DNA of 64,000 nucleotides from NCBI GenBank assembly GCA_000004985.1, contig GG738852.1; one strand, written 5' to 3'. Position numbers and translations under genes: made by a program. Positions 12,001 through 24,000 of the stretch are shown here, piece after piece; position 1 is the stretch's first letter, and the number at the start of each line of letters is the position of its first letter. The DNA comes from Naegleria gruberi (lineage: Eukaryota). The notes below the pieces were generated by a model. That model saw only the letters and a program-made list of their open reading frames with translations, was not told the origin of the DNA and did no database searches.

Positions 12001-15000
12001 NNNNNNNNNNNNNNNNNNNNNNNNNNNNNNNNNNNNNNNNNNNNNNNNNNNNNNNNNNNNNNNNNNNNNNNNNNNNNNNNNNNNNNNNNNNNNNNNNNNN
12101 NNNNNNNNNNNNNNNNNNNNNNNNNNNNNNNNNNNNNNNNNNNNNNNNNNNNNNNNNNNNNNNNNNNNNNNNNNNNNNNNNNNNNNNNNNNNNNNNNNNN
12201 NNNNNNNNNNNNNNNNNNNNNNNNNNNNNNNNNNNNNNNNNNNNNNNNNNNNNNNNNNNNNNNNNNNNNNNNNNNNNNNNNNNNNNNNNNNNNNNNNNNN
12301 NNNNNNNNNNNNNNNNNNNNNNNNNNNNNNNNNNNNNNNNNNNNNNNNNNNNNNNNNNNNNNNNNNNNNNNNNNNNNNNNNNNNNNNNNNNNNNNNNNNN
12401 NNNNNNNNNNNNNNNNNNNNNNNNNNNNNNNNNNNNNNNNNNNNNNNNNNNNNNNNNNNNNNNNNNNNNNNNNNNNNNNNNNNNNNNNNNNNNNNNNNNN
12501 NNNNNNNNNNNNNNNNNNNNNNNNNNNNNNNNNNNNNNNNNNNNNNNNNNNNNNNNNNNNNNNNNNNNNNNNNNNNNNNNNNNNNNNNNNNNNNNNNNNN
12601 NNNNNNNNNNNNNNNNNNNNNNNNNNNNNNNNNNNNNNNNNNNNNNNNNNNNNNNNNNNNNNNNNNNNNNNNNNNNNNNNNNNNNNNNNNNNNNNNNNNN
12701 NNNNNNNNNNNNNNNNNNNNNNNNNNNNNNNNNNNNNNNNNNNNNNNNNNNNNNNNNNNNNNNNNNNNNNNNNNNNNNNNNNNNNNNNNNNNNNNNNNNN
12801 NNNNNNNNNNNNNNNNNNNNNNNNNNNNNNNNNNNNNNNNNNNNNNNNNNNNNNNNNNNNNNNNNNNNNNNNNNNNNNNNNNNNNNNNNNNNNNNNNNNN
12901 NNNNNNNNNNNNNNNNNNNNNNNNNNNNNNNNNNNNNNNNNNNNNNNNNNNNNNNNNNNNNNNNNNNNNNNNNNNNNNNNNNNNNNNNNNNNNNNNNNNN
13001 NNNNNNNNNNNNNNNNNNNNNNNNNNNNNNNNNNNNNNNNNNNNNNNNNNNNNNNNNNNNNNNNNNNNNNNNNNNNNNNNNNNNNNNNNNNNNNNNNNNN
13101 NNNNNNNNNNNNNNNNNNNNNNNNNNNNNNNNNNNNNNNNNNNNNNNNNNNNNNNNNNNNNNNNNNNNNNNNNNNNNNNNNNNNNNNNNNNNNNNNNNNN
13201 NNNNNNNNNNNNNNNNNNNNNNNNNNNNNNNNNNNNNNNNNNNNNNNNNNNNNNNNNNNNNNNNNNNNNNNNNNNNNNNNNNNNNNNNNNNNNNNNNNNN
13301 NNNNNNNNNNNNNNNNNNNNNNNNNNNNNNNNNNNNNNNNNNNNNNNNNNNNNNNNNNNNNNNNNNNNNNNNNNNNNNNNNNNNNNNNNNNNNNNNNNNN
13401 NNNNNNNNNNNNNNNNNNNNNNNNNNNNNNNNNNNNNNNNNNNNNNNNNNNNNNNNNNNNNNNNNNNNNNNNNNNNNNNNNNNNNNNNNNNNNNNNNNNN
13501 NNNNNNNNNNNNNNNNNNNNNNNNNNNNNNNNNNNNNNNNNNNNNNNNNNNNNNNNNNNNNNNNNNNNNNNNNNNNNNNNNNNNNNNNNNNNNNNNNNNN
13601 NNNNNNNNNNNNNNNNNNNNNNNNNNNNNNNNNNNNNNNNNNNNNNNNNNNNNNNNNNNNNNNNNNNNNNNNNNNNNNNNNNNNNNNNNNNNNNNNNNNN
13701 NNNNNNNNNNNNNNNNNNNNNNNNNNNNNNNNNNNNNNNNNNNNNNNNNNNNNNNNNNNNNNNNNNNNNNNNNNNNNNNNNNNNNNNNNNNNNNNNNNNN
13801 NNNNNNNNNNNNNNNNNNNNNNNNNNNNNNNNNNNNNNNNNNNNNNNNNNNNNNNNNNNNNNNNNNNNNNNNNNNNNNNNNNNNNNNNNNNNNNNNNNNN
13901 NNNNNNNNNNNNNNNNNNNNNNNNNNNNNNNNNNNNNNNNNNNNNNNNNNNNNNNNNNNNNNNNNNNNNNNNNNNNNNNNNNNNNNNNNNNNNNNNNNNN
14001 NNNNNNNNNNNNNNNNNNNNNNNNNNNNNNNNNNNNNNNNNNNNNNNNNNNNNNNNNNNNNNNNNNNNNNNNNNNNNNNNNNNNNNNNNNNNNNNNNNNN
14101 NNNNNNNNNNNNNNNNNNNNNNNNNNNNNNNNNNNNNNNNNNNNNNNNNNNNNNNNNNNNNNNNNNNNNNNNNNNNNNNNNNNNNNNNNNNNNNNNNNNN
14201 NNNNNNNNNNNNNNNNNNNNNNNNNNNNNNNNNNNNNNNNNNNNNNNNNNNNNNNNNNNNNNNNNNNNNNNNNNNNNNNNNNNNNNNNNNNNNNNNNNNN
14301 NNNNNNNNNNNNNNNNNNNNNNNNNNNNNNNNNNNNNNNNNNNNNNNNNNNNNNNNNNNNNNNNNNNNNNNNNNNNNNNNNNNNNNNNNNNNNNNNNNNN
14401 NNNNNNNNNNNNNNNNNNNNNNNNNNNNNNNNNNNNNNNNNNNNNNNNNNNNNNNNNNNNNNNNNNNNNNNNNNNNNNNNNNNNNNNNNNNNNNNNNNNN
14501 NNNNNNNNNNNNNNNNNNNNNNNNNNNNNNNNNNNNNNNNNNNNNNNNNNNNNNNNNNNNNNNNNNNNNNNNNNNNNNNNNNNNNNNNNNNNNNNNNNNN
14601 NNNNNNNNNNNNNNNNNNNNNNNNNNNNNNNNNNNNNNNNNNNNNNNNNNNNNNNNNNNNNNNNNNNNNNNNNNNNNNNNNNNNNNNNNNNNNNNNNNNN
14701 NNNNNNNNNNNNNNNNNNNNNNNNNNNNNNNNNNNNNNNNNNNNNNNNNNNNNNNNNNNNNNNNNNNNNNNNNNNNNNNNNNNNNNNNNNNNNNNNNNNN
14801 NNNNNNNNNNNNNNNNNNNNNNNNNNNNNNNNNNNNNNNNNNNNNNNNNNNNNNNNNNNNNNNNNNNNNNNNNNNNNNNNNNNNNNNNNNNNNNNNNNNN
14901 NNNNNNNNNNNNNNNNNNNNNNNNNNNNNNNNNNNNNNNNNNNNNNNNNNNNNNNNNNNNNNNNNNNNNNNNNNNNNNNNNNNNNNNNNNNNNNNNNNNN

Positions 15001-18000
15001 NNNNNNNNNNNNNNNNNNNNNNNNNNNNNNNNNNNNNNNNNNNNNNNNNNNNNNNNNNNNNNNNNNNNNNNNNNNNNNNNNNNNNNNNNNNNNNNNNNNN
15101 NNNNNNNNNNNNNNNNNNNNNNNNNNNNNNNNNNNNNNNNNNNNNNNNNNNNNNNNNNNNNNNNNNNNNNNNNNNNNNNNNNNNNNNNNNNNNNNNNNNN
15201 NNNNNNNNNNNNNNNNNNNNNNNNNNNNNNNNNNNNNNNNNNNNNNNNNNNNNNNNNNNNNNNNNNNNNNNNNNNNNNNNNNNNNNNNNNNNNNNNNNNN
15301 NNNNNNNNNNNNNNNNNNNNNNNNNNNNNNNNNNNNNNNNNNNNNNNNNNNNNNNNNNNNNNNNNNNNNNNNNNNNNNNNNNNNNNNNNNNNNNNNNNNN
15401 NNNNNNNNNNNNNNNNNNNNNNNNNNNNNNNNNNNNNNNNNNNNNNNNNNNNNNNNNNNNNNNNNNNNNNNNNNNNNNNNNNNNNNNNNNNNNNNNNNNN
15501 NNNNNNNNNNNNNNNNNNNNNNNNNNNNNNNNNNNNNNNNNNNNNNNNNNNNNNNNNNNNNNNNNNNNNNNNNNNNNNNNNNNNNNNNNNNNNNNNNNNN
15601 NNNNNNNNNNNNNNNNNNNNNNNNNNNNNNNNNNNNNNNNNNNNNNNNNNNNNNNNNNNNNNNNNNNNNNNNNNNNNNNNNNNNNNNNNNNNNNNNNNNN
15701 NNNNNNNNNNNNNNNNNNNNNNNNNNNNNNNNNNNNNNNNNNNNNNNNNNNNNNNNNNNNNNNNNNNNNNNNNNNNNNNNNNNNNNNNNNNNNNNNNNNN
15801 NNNNNNNNNNNNNNNNNNNNNNNNNNNNNNNNNNNNNNNNNNNNNNNNNNNNNNNNNNNNNNNNNNNNNNNNNNNNNNNNNNNNNNNNNNNNNNNNNNNN
15901 NNNNNNNNNNNNNNNNNNNNNNNNNNNNNNNNNNNNNNNNNNNNNNNNNNNNNNNNNNNNNNNNNNNNNNNNNNNNNNNNNNNNNNNNNNNNNNNNNNNN
16001 NNNNNNNNNNNNNNNNNNNNNNNNNNNNNNNNNNNNNNNNNNNNNNNNNNNNNNNNNNNNNNNNNNNNNNNNNNNNNNNNNNNNNNNNNNNNNNNNNNNN
16101 NNNNNNNNNNNNNNNNNNNNNNNNNNNNNNNNNNNNNNNNNNNNNNNNNNNNNNNNNNNNNNNNNNNNNNNNNNNNNNNNNNNNNNNNNNNNNNNNNNNN
16201 NNNNNNNNNNNNNNNNNNNNNNNNNNNNNNNNNNNNNNNNNNNNNNNNNNNNNNNNNNNNNNNNNNNNNNNNNNNNNNNNNNNNNNNNNNNNNNNNNNNN
16301 NNNNNNNNNNNNNNNNNNNNNNNNNNNNNNNNNNNNNNNNNNNNNNNNNNNNNNNNNNNNNNNNNNNNNNNNNNNNNNNNNNNNNNNNNNNNNNNNNNNN
16401 NNNNNNNNNNNNNNNNNNNNNNNNNNNNNNNNNNNNNNNNNNNNNNNNNNNNNNNNNNNNNNNNNNNNNNNNNNNNNNNNNNNNNNNNNNNNNNNNNNNN
16501 NNNNNNNNNNNNNNNNNNNNNNNNNNNNNNNNNNNNNNNNNNNNNNNNNNNNNNNNNNNNNNNNNNNNNNNNNNNNNNNNNNNNNNNNNNNNNNNNNNNN
16601 NNNNNNNNNNNNNNNNNNNNNNNNNNNNNNNNNNNNNNNNNNNNNNNNNNNNNNNNNNNNNNNNNNNNNNNNNNNNNNNNNNNNNNNNNNNNNNNNNNNN
16701 NNNNNNNNNNNNNNNNNNNNNNNNNNNNNNNNNNNNNNNNNNNNNNNNNNNNNNNNNNNNNNNNNNNNNNNNNNNNNNNNNNNNNNNNNNNNNNNNNNNN
16801 NNNNNNNNNNNNNNNNNNNNNNNNNNNNNNNNNNNNNNNNNNNNNNNNNNNNNNNNNNNNNNNNNNNNNNNNNNNNNNNNNNNNNNNNNNNNNNNNNNNN
16901 NNNNNNNNNNNNNNNNNNNNNNNNNNNNNNNNNNNNNNNNNNNNNNNNNNNNNNNNNNNNNNNNNNNNNNNNNNNNNNNNNNNNNNNNNNNNNNNNNNNN
17001 NNNNNNNNNNNNNNNNNNNNNNNNNNNNNNNNNNNNNNNNNNNNNNNNNNNNNNNNNNNNNNNNNNNNNNNNNNNNNNNNNNNNNNNNNNNNNNNNNNNN
17101 NNNNNNNNNNNNNNNNNNNNNNNNNNNNNNNNNNNNNNNNNNNNNNNNNNNNNNNNNNNNNNNNNNNNNNNNNNNNNNNNNNNNNNNNNNNNNNNNNNNN
17201 NNNNNNNNNNNNNNNNNNNNNNNNNNNNNNNNNNNNNNNNNNNNNNNNNNNNNNNNNNNNNNNNNNNNNNNNNNNNNNNNNNNNNNNNNNNNNNNNNNNN
17301 NNNNNNNNNNNNNNNNNNNNNNNNNNNNNNNNNNNNNNNNNNNNNNNNNNNNNNNNNNNNNNNNNNNNNNNNNNNNNNNNNNNNNNNNNNNNNNNNNNNN
17401 NNNNNNNNNNNNNNNNNNNNNNNNNNNNNNNNNNNNNNNNNNNNNNNNNNNNNNNNNNNNNNNNNNNNNNNNNNNNNNNNNNNNNNNNNNNNNNNNNNNN
17501 NNNNNNNNNNNNNNNNNNNNNNNNNNNNNNNNNNNNNNNNNNNNNNNNNNNNNNNNNNNNNNNNNNNNNNNNNNNNNNNNNNNNNNNNNNNNNNNNNNNN
17601 NNNNNNNNNNNNNNNNNNNNNNNNNNNNNNNNNNNNNNNNNNNNNNNNNNNNNNNNNNNNNNNNNNNNNNNNNNNNNNNNNNNNNNNNNNNNNNNNNNNN
17701 NNNNNNNNNNNNNNNNNNNNNNNNNNNNNNNNNNNNNNNNNNNNNNNNNNNNNNNNNNNNNNNNNNNNNNNNNNNNNNNNNNNNNNNNNNNNNNNNNNNN
17801 NNNNNNNNNNNNNNNNNNNNNNNNNNNNNNNNNNNNNNNNNNNNNNNNNNNNNNNNNNNNNNNNNNNNNNNNNNNNNNNNNNNNNNNNNNNNNNNNNNNN
17901 NNNNNNNNNNNNNNNNNNNNNNNNNNNNNNNNNNNNNNNNNNNNNNNNNNNNNNNNNNNNNNNNNNNNNNNNNNNNNNNNNNNNNNNNNNNNNNNNNNNN

Positions 18001-21000
18001 NNNNNNNNNNNNNNNNNNNNNNNNNNNNNNNNNNNNNNNNNNNNNNNNNNNNNNNNNNNNNNNNNNNNNNNNNNNNNNNNNNNNNNNNNNNNNNNNNNNN
18101 NNNNNNNNNNNNNNNNNNNNNNNNNNNNNNNNNNNNNNNNNNNNNNNNNNNNNNNNNNNNNNNNNNNNNNNNNNNNNNNNNNNNNNNNNNNNNNNNNNNN
18201 NNNNNNNNNNNNNNNNNNNNNNNNNNNNNNNNNNNNNNNNNNNNNNNNNNNNNNNNNNNNNNNNNNNNNNNNNNNNNNNNNNNNNNNNNNNNNNNNNNNN
18301 NNNNNNNNNNNNNNNNNNNNNNNNNNNNNNNNNNNNNNNNNNNNNNNNNNNNNNNNNNNNNNNNNNNNNNNNNNNNNNNNNNNNNNNNNNNNNNNNNNNN
18401 NNNNNNNNNNNNNNNNNNNNNNNNNNNNNNNNNNNNNNNNNNNNNNNNNNNNNNNNNNNNNNNNNNNNNNNNNNNNNNNNNNNNNNNNNNNNNNNNNNNN
18501 NNNNNNNNNNNNNNNNNNNNNNNNNNNNNNNNNNNNNNNNNNNNNNNNNNNNNNNNNNNNNNNNNNNNNNNNNNNNNNNNNNNNNNNNNNNNNNNNNNNN
18601 NNNNNNNNNNNNNNNNNNNNNNNNNNNNNNNNNNNNNNNNNNNNNNNNNNNNNNNNNNNNNNNNNNNNNNNNNNNNNNNNNNNNNNNNNNNNNNNNNNNN
18701 NNNNNNNNNNNNNNNNNNNNNNNNNNNNNNNNNNNNNNNNNNNNNNNNNNNNNNNNNNNNNNNNNNNNNNNNNNNNNNNNNNNNNNNNNNNNNNNNNNNN
18801 NNNNNNNNNNNNNNNNNNNNNNNNNNNNNNNNNNNNNNNNNNNNNNNNNNNNNNNNNNNNNNNNNNNNNNNNNNNNNNNNNNNNNNNNNNNNNNNNNNNN
18901 NNNNNNNNNNNNNNNNNNNNNNNNNNNNNNNNNNNNNNNNNNNNNNNNNNNNNNNNNNNNNNNNNNNNNNNNNNNNNNNNNNNNNNNNNNNNNNNNNNNN
19001 NNNNNNNNNNNNNNNNNNNNNNNNNNNNNNNNNNNNNNNNNNNNNNNNNNNNNNNNNNNNNNNNNNNNNNNNNNNNNNNNNNNNNNNNNNNNNNNNNNNN
19101 NNNNNNNNNNNNNNNNNNNNNNNNNNNNNNNNNNNNNNNNNNNNNNNNNNNNNNNNNNNNNNNNNNNNNNNNNNNNNNNNNNNNNNNNNNNNNNNNNNNN
19201 NNNNNNNNNNNNNNNNNNNNNNNNNNNNNNNNNNNNNNNNNNNNNNNNNNNNNNNNNNNNNNNNNNNNNNNNNNNNNNNNNNNNNNNNNNNNNNNNNNNN
19301 NNNNNNNNNNNNNNNNNNNNNNNNNNNNNNNNNNNNNNNNNNNNNNNNNNNNNNNNNNNNNNNNNNNNNNNNNNNNNNNNNNNNNNNNNNNNNNNNNNNN
19401 NNNNNNNNNNNNNNNNNNNNNNNNNNNNNNNNNNNNNNNNNNNNNNNNNNNNNNNNNNNNNNNNNNNNNNNNNNNNNNNNNNNNNNNNNNNNNNNNNNNN
19501 NNNNNNNNNNNNNNNNNNNNNNNNNNNNNNNNNNNNNNNNNNNNNNNNNNNNNNNNNNNNNNNNNNNNNNNNNNNNNNNNNNNNNNNNNNNNNNNNNNNN
19601 NNNNNNNNNNNNNNNNNNNNNNNNNNNNNNNNNNNNNNNNNNNNNNNNNNNNNNNNNNNNNNNNNNNNNNNNNNNNNNNNNNNNNNNNNNNNNNNNNNNN
19701 NNNNNNNNNNNNNNNNNNNNNNNNNNNNNNNNNNNNNNNNNNNNNNNNNNNNNNNNNNNNNNNNNNNNNNNNNNNNNNNNNNNNNNNNNNNNNNNNNNNN
19801 NNNNNNNNNNNNNNNNNNNNNNNNNNNNNNNNNNNNNNNNNNNNNNNNNNNNNNNNNNNNNNNNNNNNNNNNNNNNNNNNNNNNNNNNNNNNNNNNNNNN
19901 NNNNNNNNNNNNNNNNNNNNNNNNNNNNNNNNNNNNNNNNNNNNNNNNNNNNNNNNNNNNNNNNNNNNNNNNNNNNNNNNNNNNNNNNNNNNNNNNNNNN
20001 NNNNNNNNNNNNNNNNNNNNNNNNNNNNNNNNNNNNNNNNNNNNNNNNNNNNNNNNNNNNNNNNNNNNNNNNNNNNNNNNNNNNNNNNNNNNNNNNNNNN
20101 NNNNNNNNNNNNNNNNNNNNNNNNNNNNNNNNNNNNNNNNNNNNNNNNNNNNNNNNNNNNNNNNNNNNNNNNNNNNNNNNNNNNNNNNNNNNNNNNNNNN
20201 NNNNNNNNNNNNNNNNNNNNNNNNNNNNNNNNNNNNNNNNNNNNNNNNNNNNNNNNNNNNNNNNNNNNNNNNNNNNNNNNNNNNNNNNNNNNNNNNNNNN
20301 NNNNNNNNNNNNNNNNNNNNNNNNNNNNNNNNNNNNNNNNNNNNNNNNNNNNNNNNNNNNNNNNNNNNNNNNNNNNNNNNNNNNNNNNNNNNNNNNNNNN
20401 NNNNNNNNNNNNNNNNNNNNNNNNNNNNNNNNNNNNNNNNNNNNNNNNNNNNNNNNNNNNNNNNNNNNNNNNNNNNNNNNNNNNNNNNNNNNNNNNNNNN
20501 NNNNNNNNNNNNNNNNNNNNNNNNNNNNNNNNNNNNNNNNNNNNNNNNNNNNNNNNNNNNNNNNNNNNNNNNNNNNNNNNNNNNNNNNNNNNNNNNNNNN
20601 NNNNNNNNNNNNNNNNNNNNNNNNNNNNNNNNNNNNNNNNNNNNNNNNNNNNNNNNNNNNNNNNNNNNNNNNNNNNNNNNNNNNNNNNNNNNNNNNNNNN
20701 NNNNNNNNNNNNNNNNNNNNNNNNNNNNNNNNNNNNNNNNNNNNNNNNNNNNNNNNNNNNNNNNNNNNNNNNNNNNNNNNNNNNNNNNNNNNNNNNNNNN
20801 NNNNNNNNNNNNNNNNNNNNNNNNNNNNNNNNNNNNNNNNNNNNNNNNNNNNNNNNNNNNNNNNNNNNNNNNNNNNNNNNNNNNNNNNNNNNNNNNNNNN
20901 NNNNNNNNNNNNNNNNNNNNNNNNNNNNNNNNNNNNNNNNNNNNNNNNNNNNNNNNNNNNNNNNNNNNNNNNNNNNNNNNNNNNNNNNNNNNNNNNNNNN

Positions 21001-24000
21001 NNNNNNNNNNNNNNNNNNNNNNNNNNNNNNNNNNNNNNNNNNNNNNNNNNNNNNNNNNNNNNNNNNNNNNNNNNNNNNNNNNNNNNNNNNNNNNNNNNNN
21101 NNNNNNNNNNNNNNNNNNNNNNNNNNNNNNNNNNNNNNNNNNNNNNNNNNNNNNNNNNNNNNNNNNNNNNNNNNNNNNNNNNNNNNNNNNNNNNNNNNNN
21201 NNNNNNNNNNNNNNNNNNNNNNNNNNNNNNNNNNNNNNNNNNNNNNNNNNNNNNNNNNNNNNNNNNNNNNNNNNNNNNNNNNNNNNNNNNNNNNNNNNNN
21301 NNNNNNNNNNNNNNNNNNNNNNNNNNNNNNNNNNNNNNNNNNNNNNNNNNNNNNNNNNNNNNNNNNNNNNNNNNNNNNNNNNNNNNNNNNNNNNNNNNNN
21401 NNNNNNNNNNNNNNNNNNNNNNNNNNNNNNNNNNNNNNNNNNNNNNNNNNNNNNNNNNNNNNNNNNNNNNNNNNNNNNNNNNNNNNNNNNNNNNNNNNNN
21501 NNNNNNNNNNNNNNNNNNNNNNNNNNNNNNNNNNNNNNNNNNNNNNNNNNNNNNNNNNNNNNNNNNNNNNNNNNNNNNNNNNNNNNNNNNNNNNNNNNNN
21601 NNNNNNNNNNNNNNNNNNNNNNNNNNNNNNNNNNNNNNNNNNNNNNNNNNNNNNNNNNNNNNNNNNNNNNNNNNNNNNNNNNNNNNNNNNNNNNNNNNNN
21701 NNNNNNNNNNNNNNNNNNNNNNNNNNNNNNNNNNNNNNNNNNNNNNNNNNNNNNNNNNNNNNNNNNNNNNNNNNNNNNNNNNNNNNNNNNNNNNNNNNNN
21801 NNNNNNNNNNNNNNNNNNNNNNNNNNNNNNNNNNNNNNNNNNNNNNNNNNNNNNNNNNNNNNNNNNNNNNNNNNNNNNNNNNNNNNNNNNNNNNNNNNNN
21901 NNNNNNNNNNNNNNNNNNNNNNNNNNNNNNNNNNNNNNNNNNNNNNNNNNNNNNNNNNNNNNNNNNNNNNNNNNNNNNNNNNNNNNNNNNNNNNNNNNNN
22001 NNNNNNNNNNNNNNNNNNNNNNNNNNNNNNNNNNNNNNNNNNNNNNNNNNNNNNNNNNNNNNNNNNNNNNNNNNNNNNNNNNNNNNNNNNNNNNNNNNNN
22101 NNNNNNNNNNNNNNNNNNNNNNNNNNNNNNNNNNNNNNNNNNNNNNNNNNNNNNNNNNNNNNNNNNNNNNNNNNNNNNNNNNNNNNNNNNNNNNNNNNNN
22201 NNNNNNNNNNNNNNNNNNNNNNNNNNNNNNNNNNNNNNNNNNNNNNNNNNNNNNNNNNNNNNNNNNNNNNNNNNNNNNNNNNNNNNNNNNNNNNNNNNNN
22301 NNNNNNNNNNNNNNNNNNNNNNNNNNNNNNNNNNNNNNNNNNNNNNNNNNNNNNNNNNNNNNNNNNNNNNNNNNNNNNNNNNNNNNNNNNNNNNNNNNNN
22401 NNNNNNNNNNNNNNNNNNNNNNNNNNNNNNNNNNNNNNNNNNNNNNNNNNNNNNNNNNNNNNNNNNNNNNNNNNNNNNNNNNNNNNNNNNNNNNNNNNNN
22501 NNNNNNNNNNNNNNNNNNNNNNNNNNNNNNNNNNNNNNNNNNNNNNNNNNNNNNNNNNNNNNNNNNNNNNNNNNNNNNNNNNNNNNNNNNNNNNNNNNNN
22601 NNNNNNNNNNNNNNNNNNNNNNNNNNNNNNNNNNNNNNNNNNNNNNNNNNNNNNNNNNNNNNNNNNNNNNNNNNNNNNNNNNNNNNNNNNNNNNNNNNNN
22701 NNNNNNNNNNNNNNNNNNNNNNNNNNNNNNNNNNNNNNNNNNNNNNNNNNNNNNNNNNNNNNNNNNNNNNNNNNNNNNNNNNNNNNNNNNNNNNNNNNNN
22801 NNNNNNNNNNNNNNNNNNNNNNNNNNNNNNNNNNNNNNNNNNNNNNNNNNNNNNNNNNNNNNNNNNNNNNNNNNNNNNNNNNNNNNNNNNNNNNNNNNNN
22901 NNNNNNNNNNNNNNNNNNNNNNNNNNNNNNNNNNNNNNNNNNNNNNNNNNNNNNNNNNNNNNNNNNNNNNNNNNNNNNNNNNNNNNNNNNNNNNNNNNNN
23001 NNNNNNNNNNNNNNNNNNNNNNNNNNNNNNNNNNNNNNNNNNNNNNNNNNNNNNNNNNNNNNNNNNNNNNNNNNNNNNNNNNNNNNNNNNNNNNNNNNNN
23101 NNNNNNNNNNNNNNNNNNNNNNNNNNNNNNNNNNNNNNNNNNNNNNNNNNNNNNNNNNNNNNNNNNNNNNNNNNNNNNNNNNNNNNNNNNNNNNNNNNNN
23201 NNNNNNNNNNNNNNNNNNNNNNNNNNNNNNNNNNNNNNNNNNNNNNNNNNNNNNNNNNNNNNNNNNNNNNNNNNNNNNNNNNNNNNNNNNNNNNNNNNNN
23301 NNNNNNNNNNNNNNNNNNNNNNNNNNNNNNNNNNNNNNNNNNNNNNNNNNNNNNNNNNNNNNNNNNNNNNNNNNNNNNNNNNNNNNNNNNNNNNNNNNNN
23401 NNNNNNNNNNNNNNNNNNNNNNNNNNNNNNNNNNNNNNNNNNNNNNNNNNNNNNNNNNNNNNNNNNNNNNNNNNNNNNNNNNNNNNNNNNNNNNNNNNNN
23501 NNNNNNNNNNNNNNNNNNNNNNNNNNNNNNNNNNNNNNNNNNNNNNNNNNNNNNNNNNNNNNNNNNNNNNNNNNNNNNNNNNNNNNNNNNNNNNNNNNNN
23601 NNNNNNNNNNNNNNNNNNNNNNNNNNNNNNNNNNNNNNNNNNNNNNNNNNNNNNNNNNNNNNNNNNNNNNNNNNNNNNNNNNNNNNNNNNNNNNNNNNNN
23701 NNNNNNNNNNNNNNNNNNNNNNNNNNNNNNNNNNNNNNNNNNNNNNNNNNNNNNNNNNNNNNNNNNNNNNNNNNNNNNNNNNNNNNNNNNNNNNNNNNNN
23801 NNNNNNNNNNNNNNNNNNNNNNNNNNNNNNNNNNNNNNNNNNNNNNNNNNNNNNNNNNNNNNNNNNNNNNNNNNNNNNNNNNNNNNNNNNNNNNNNNNNN
23901 NNNNNNNNNNNNNNNNNNNNNNNNNNNNNNNNNNNNNNNNNNNNNNNNNNNNNNNNNNNNNNNNNNNNNNNNNNNNNNNNNNNNNNNNNNNNNNNNNNNN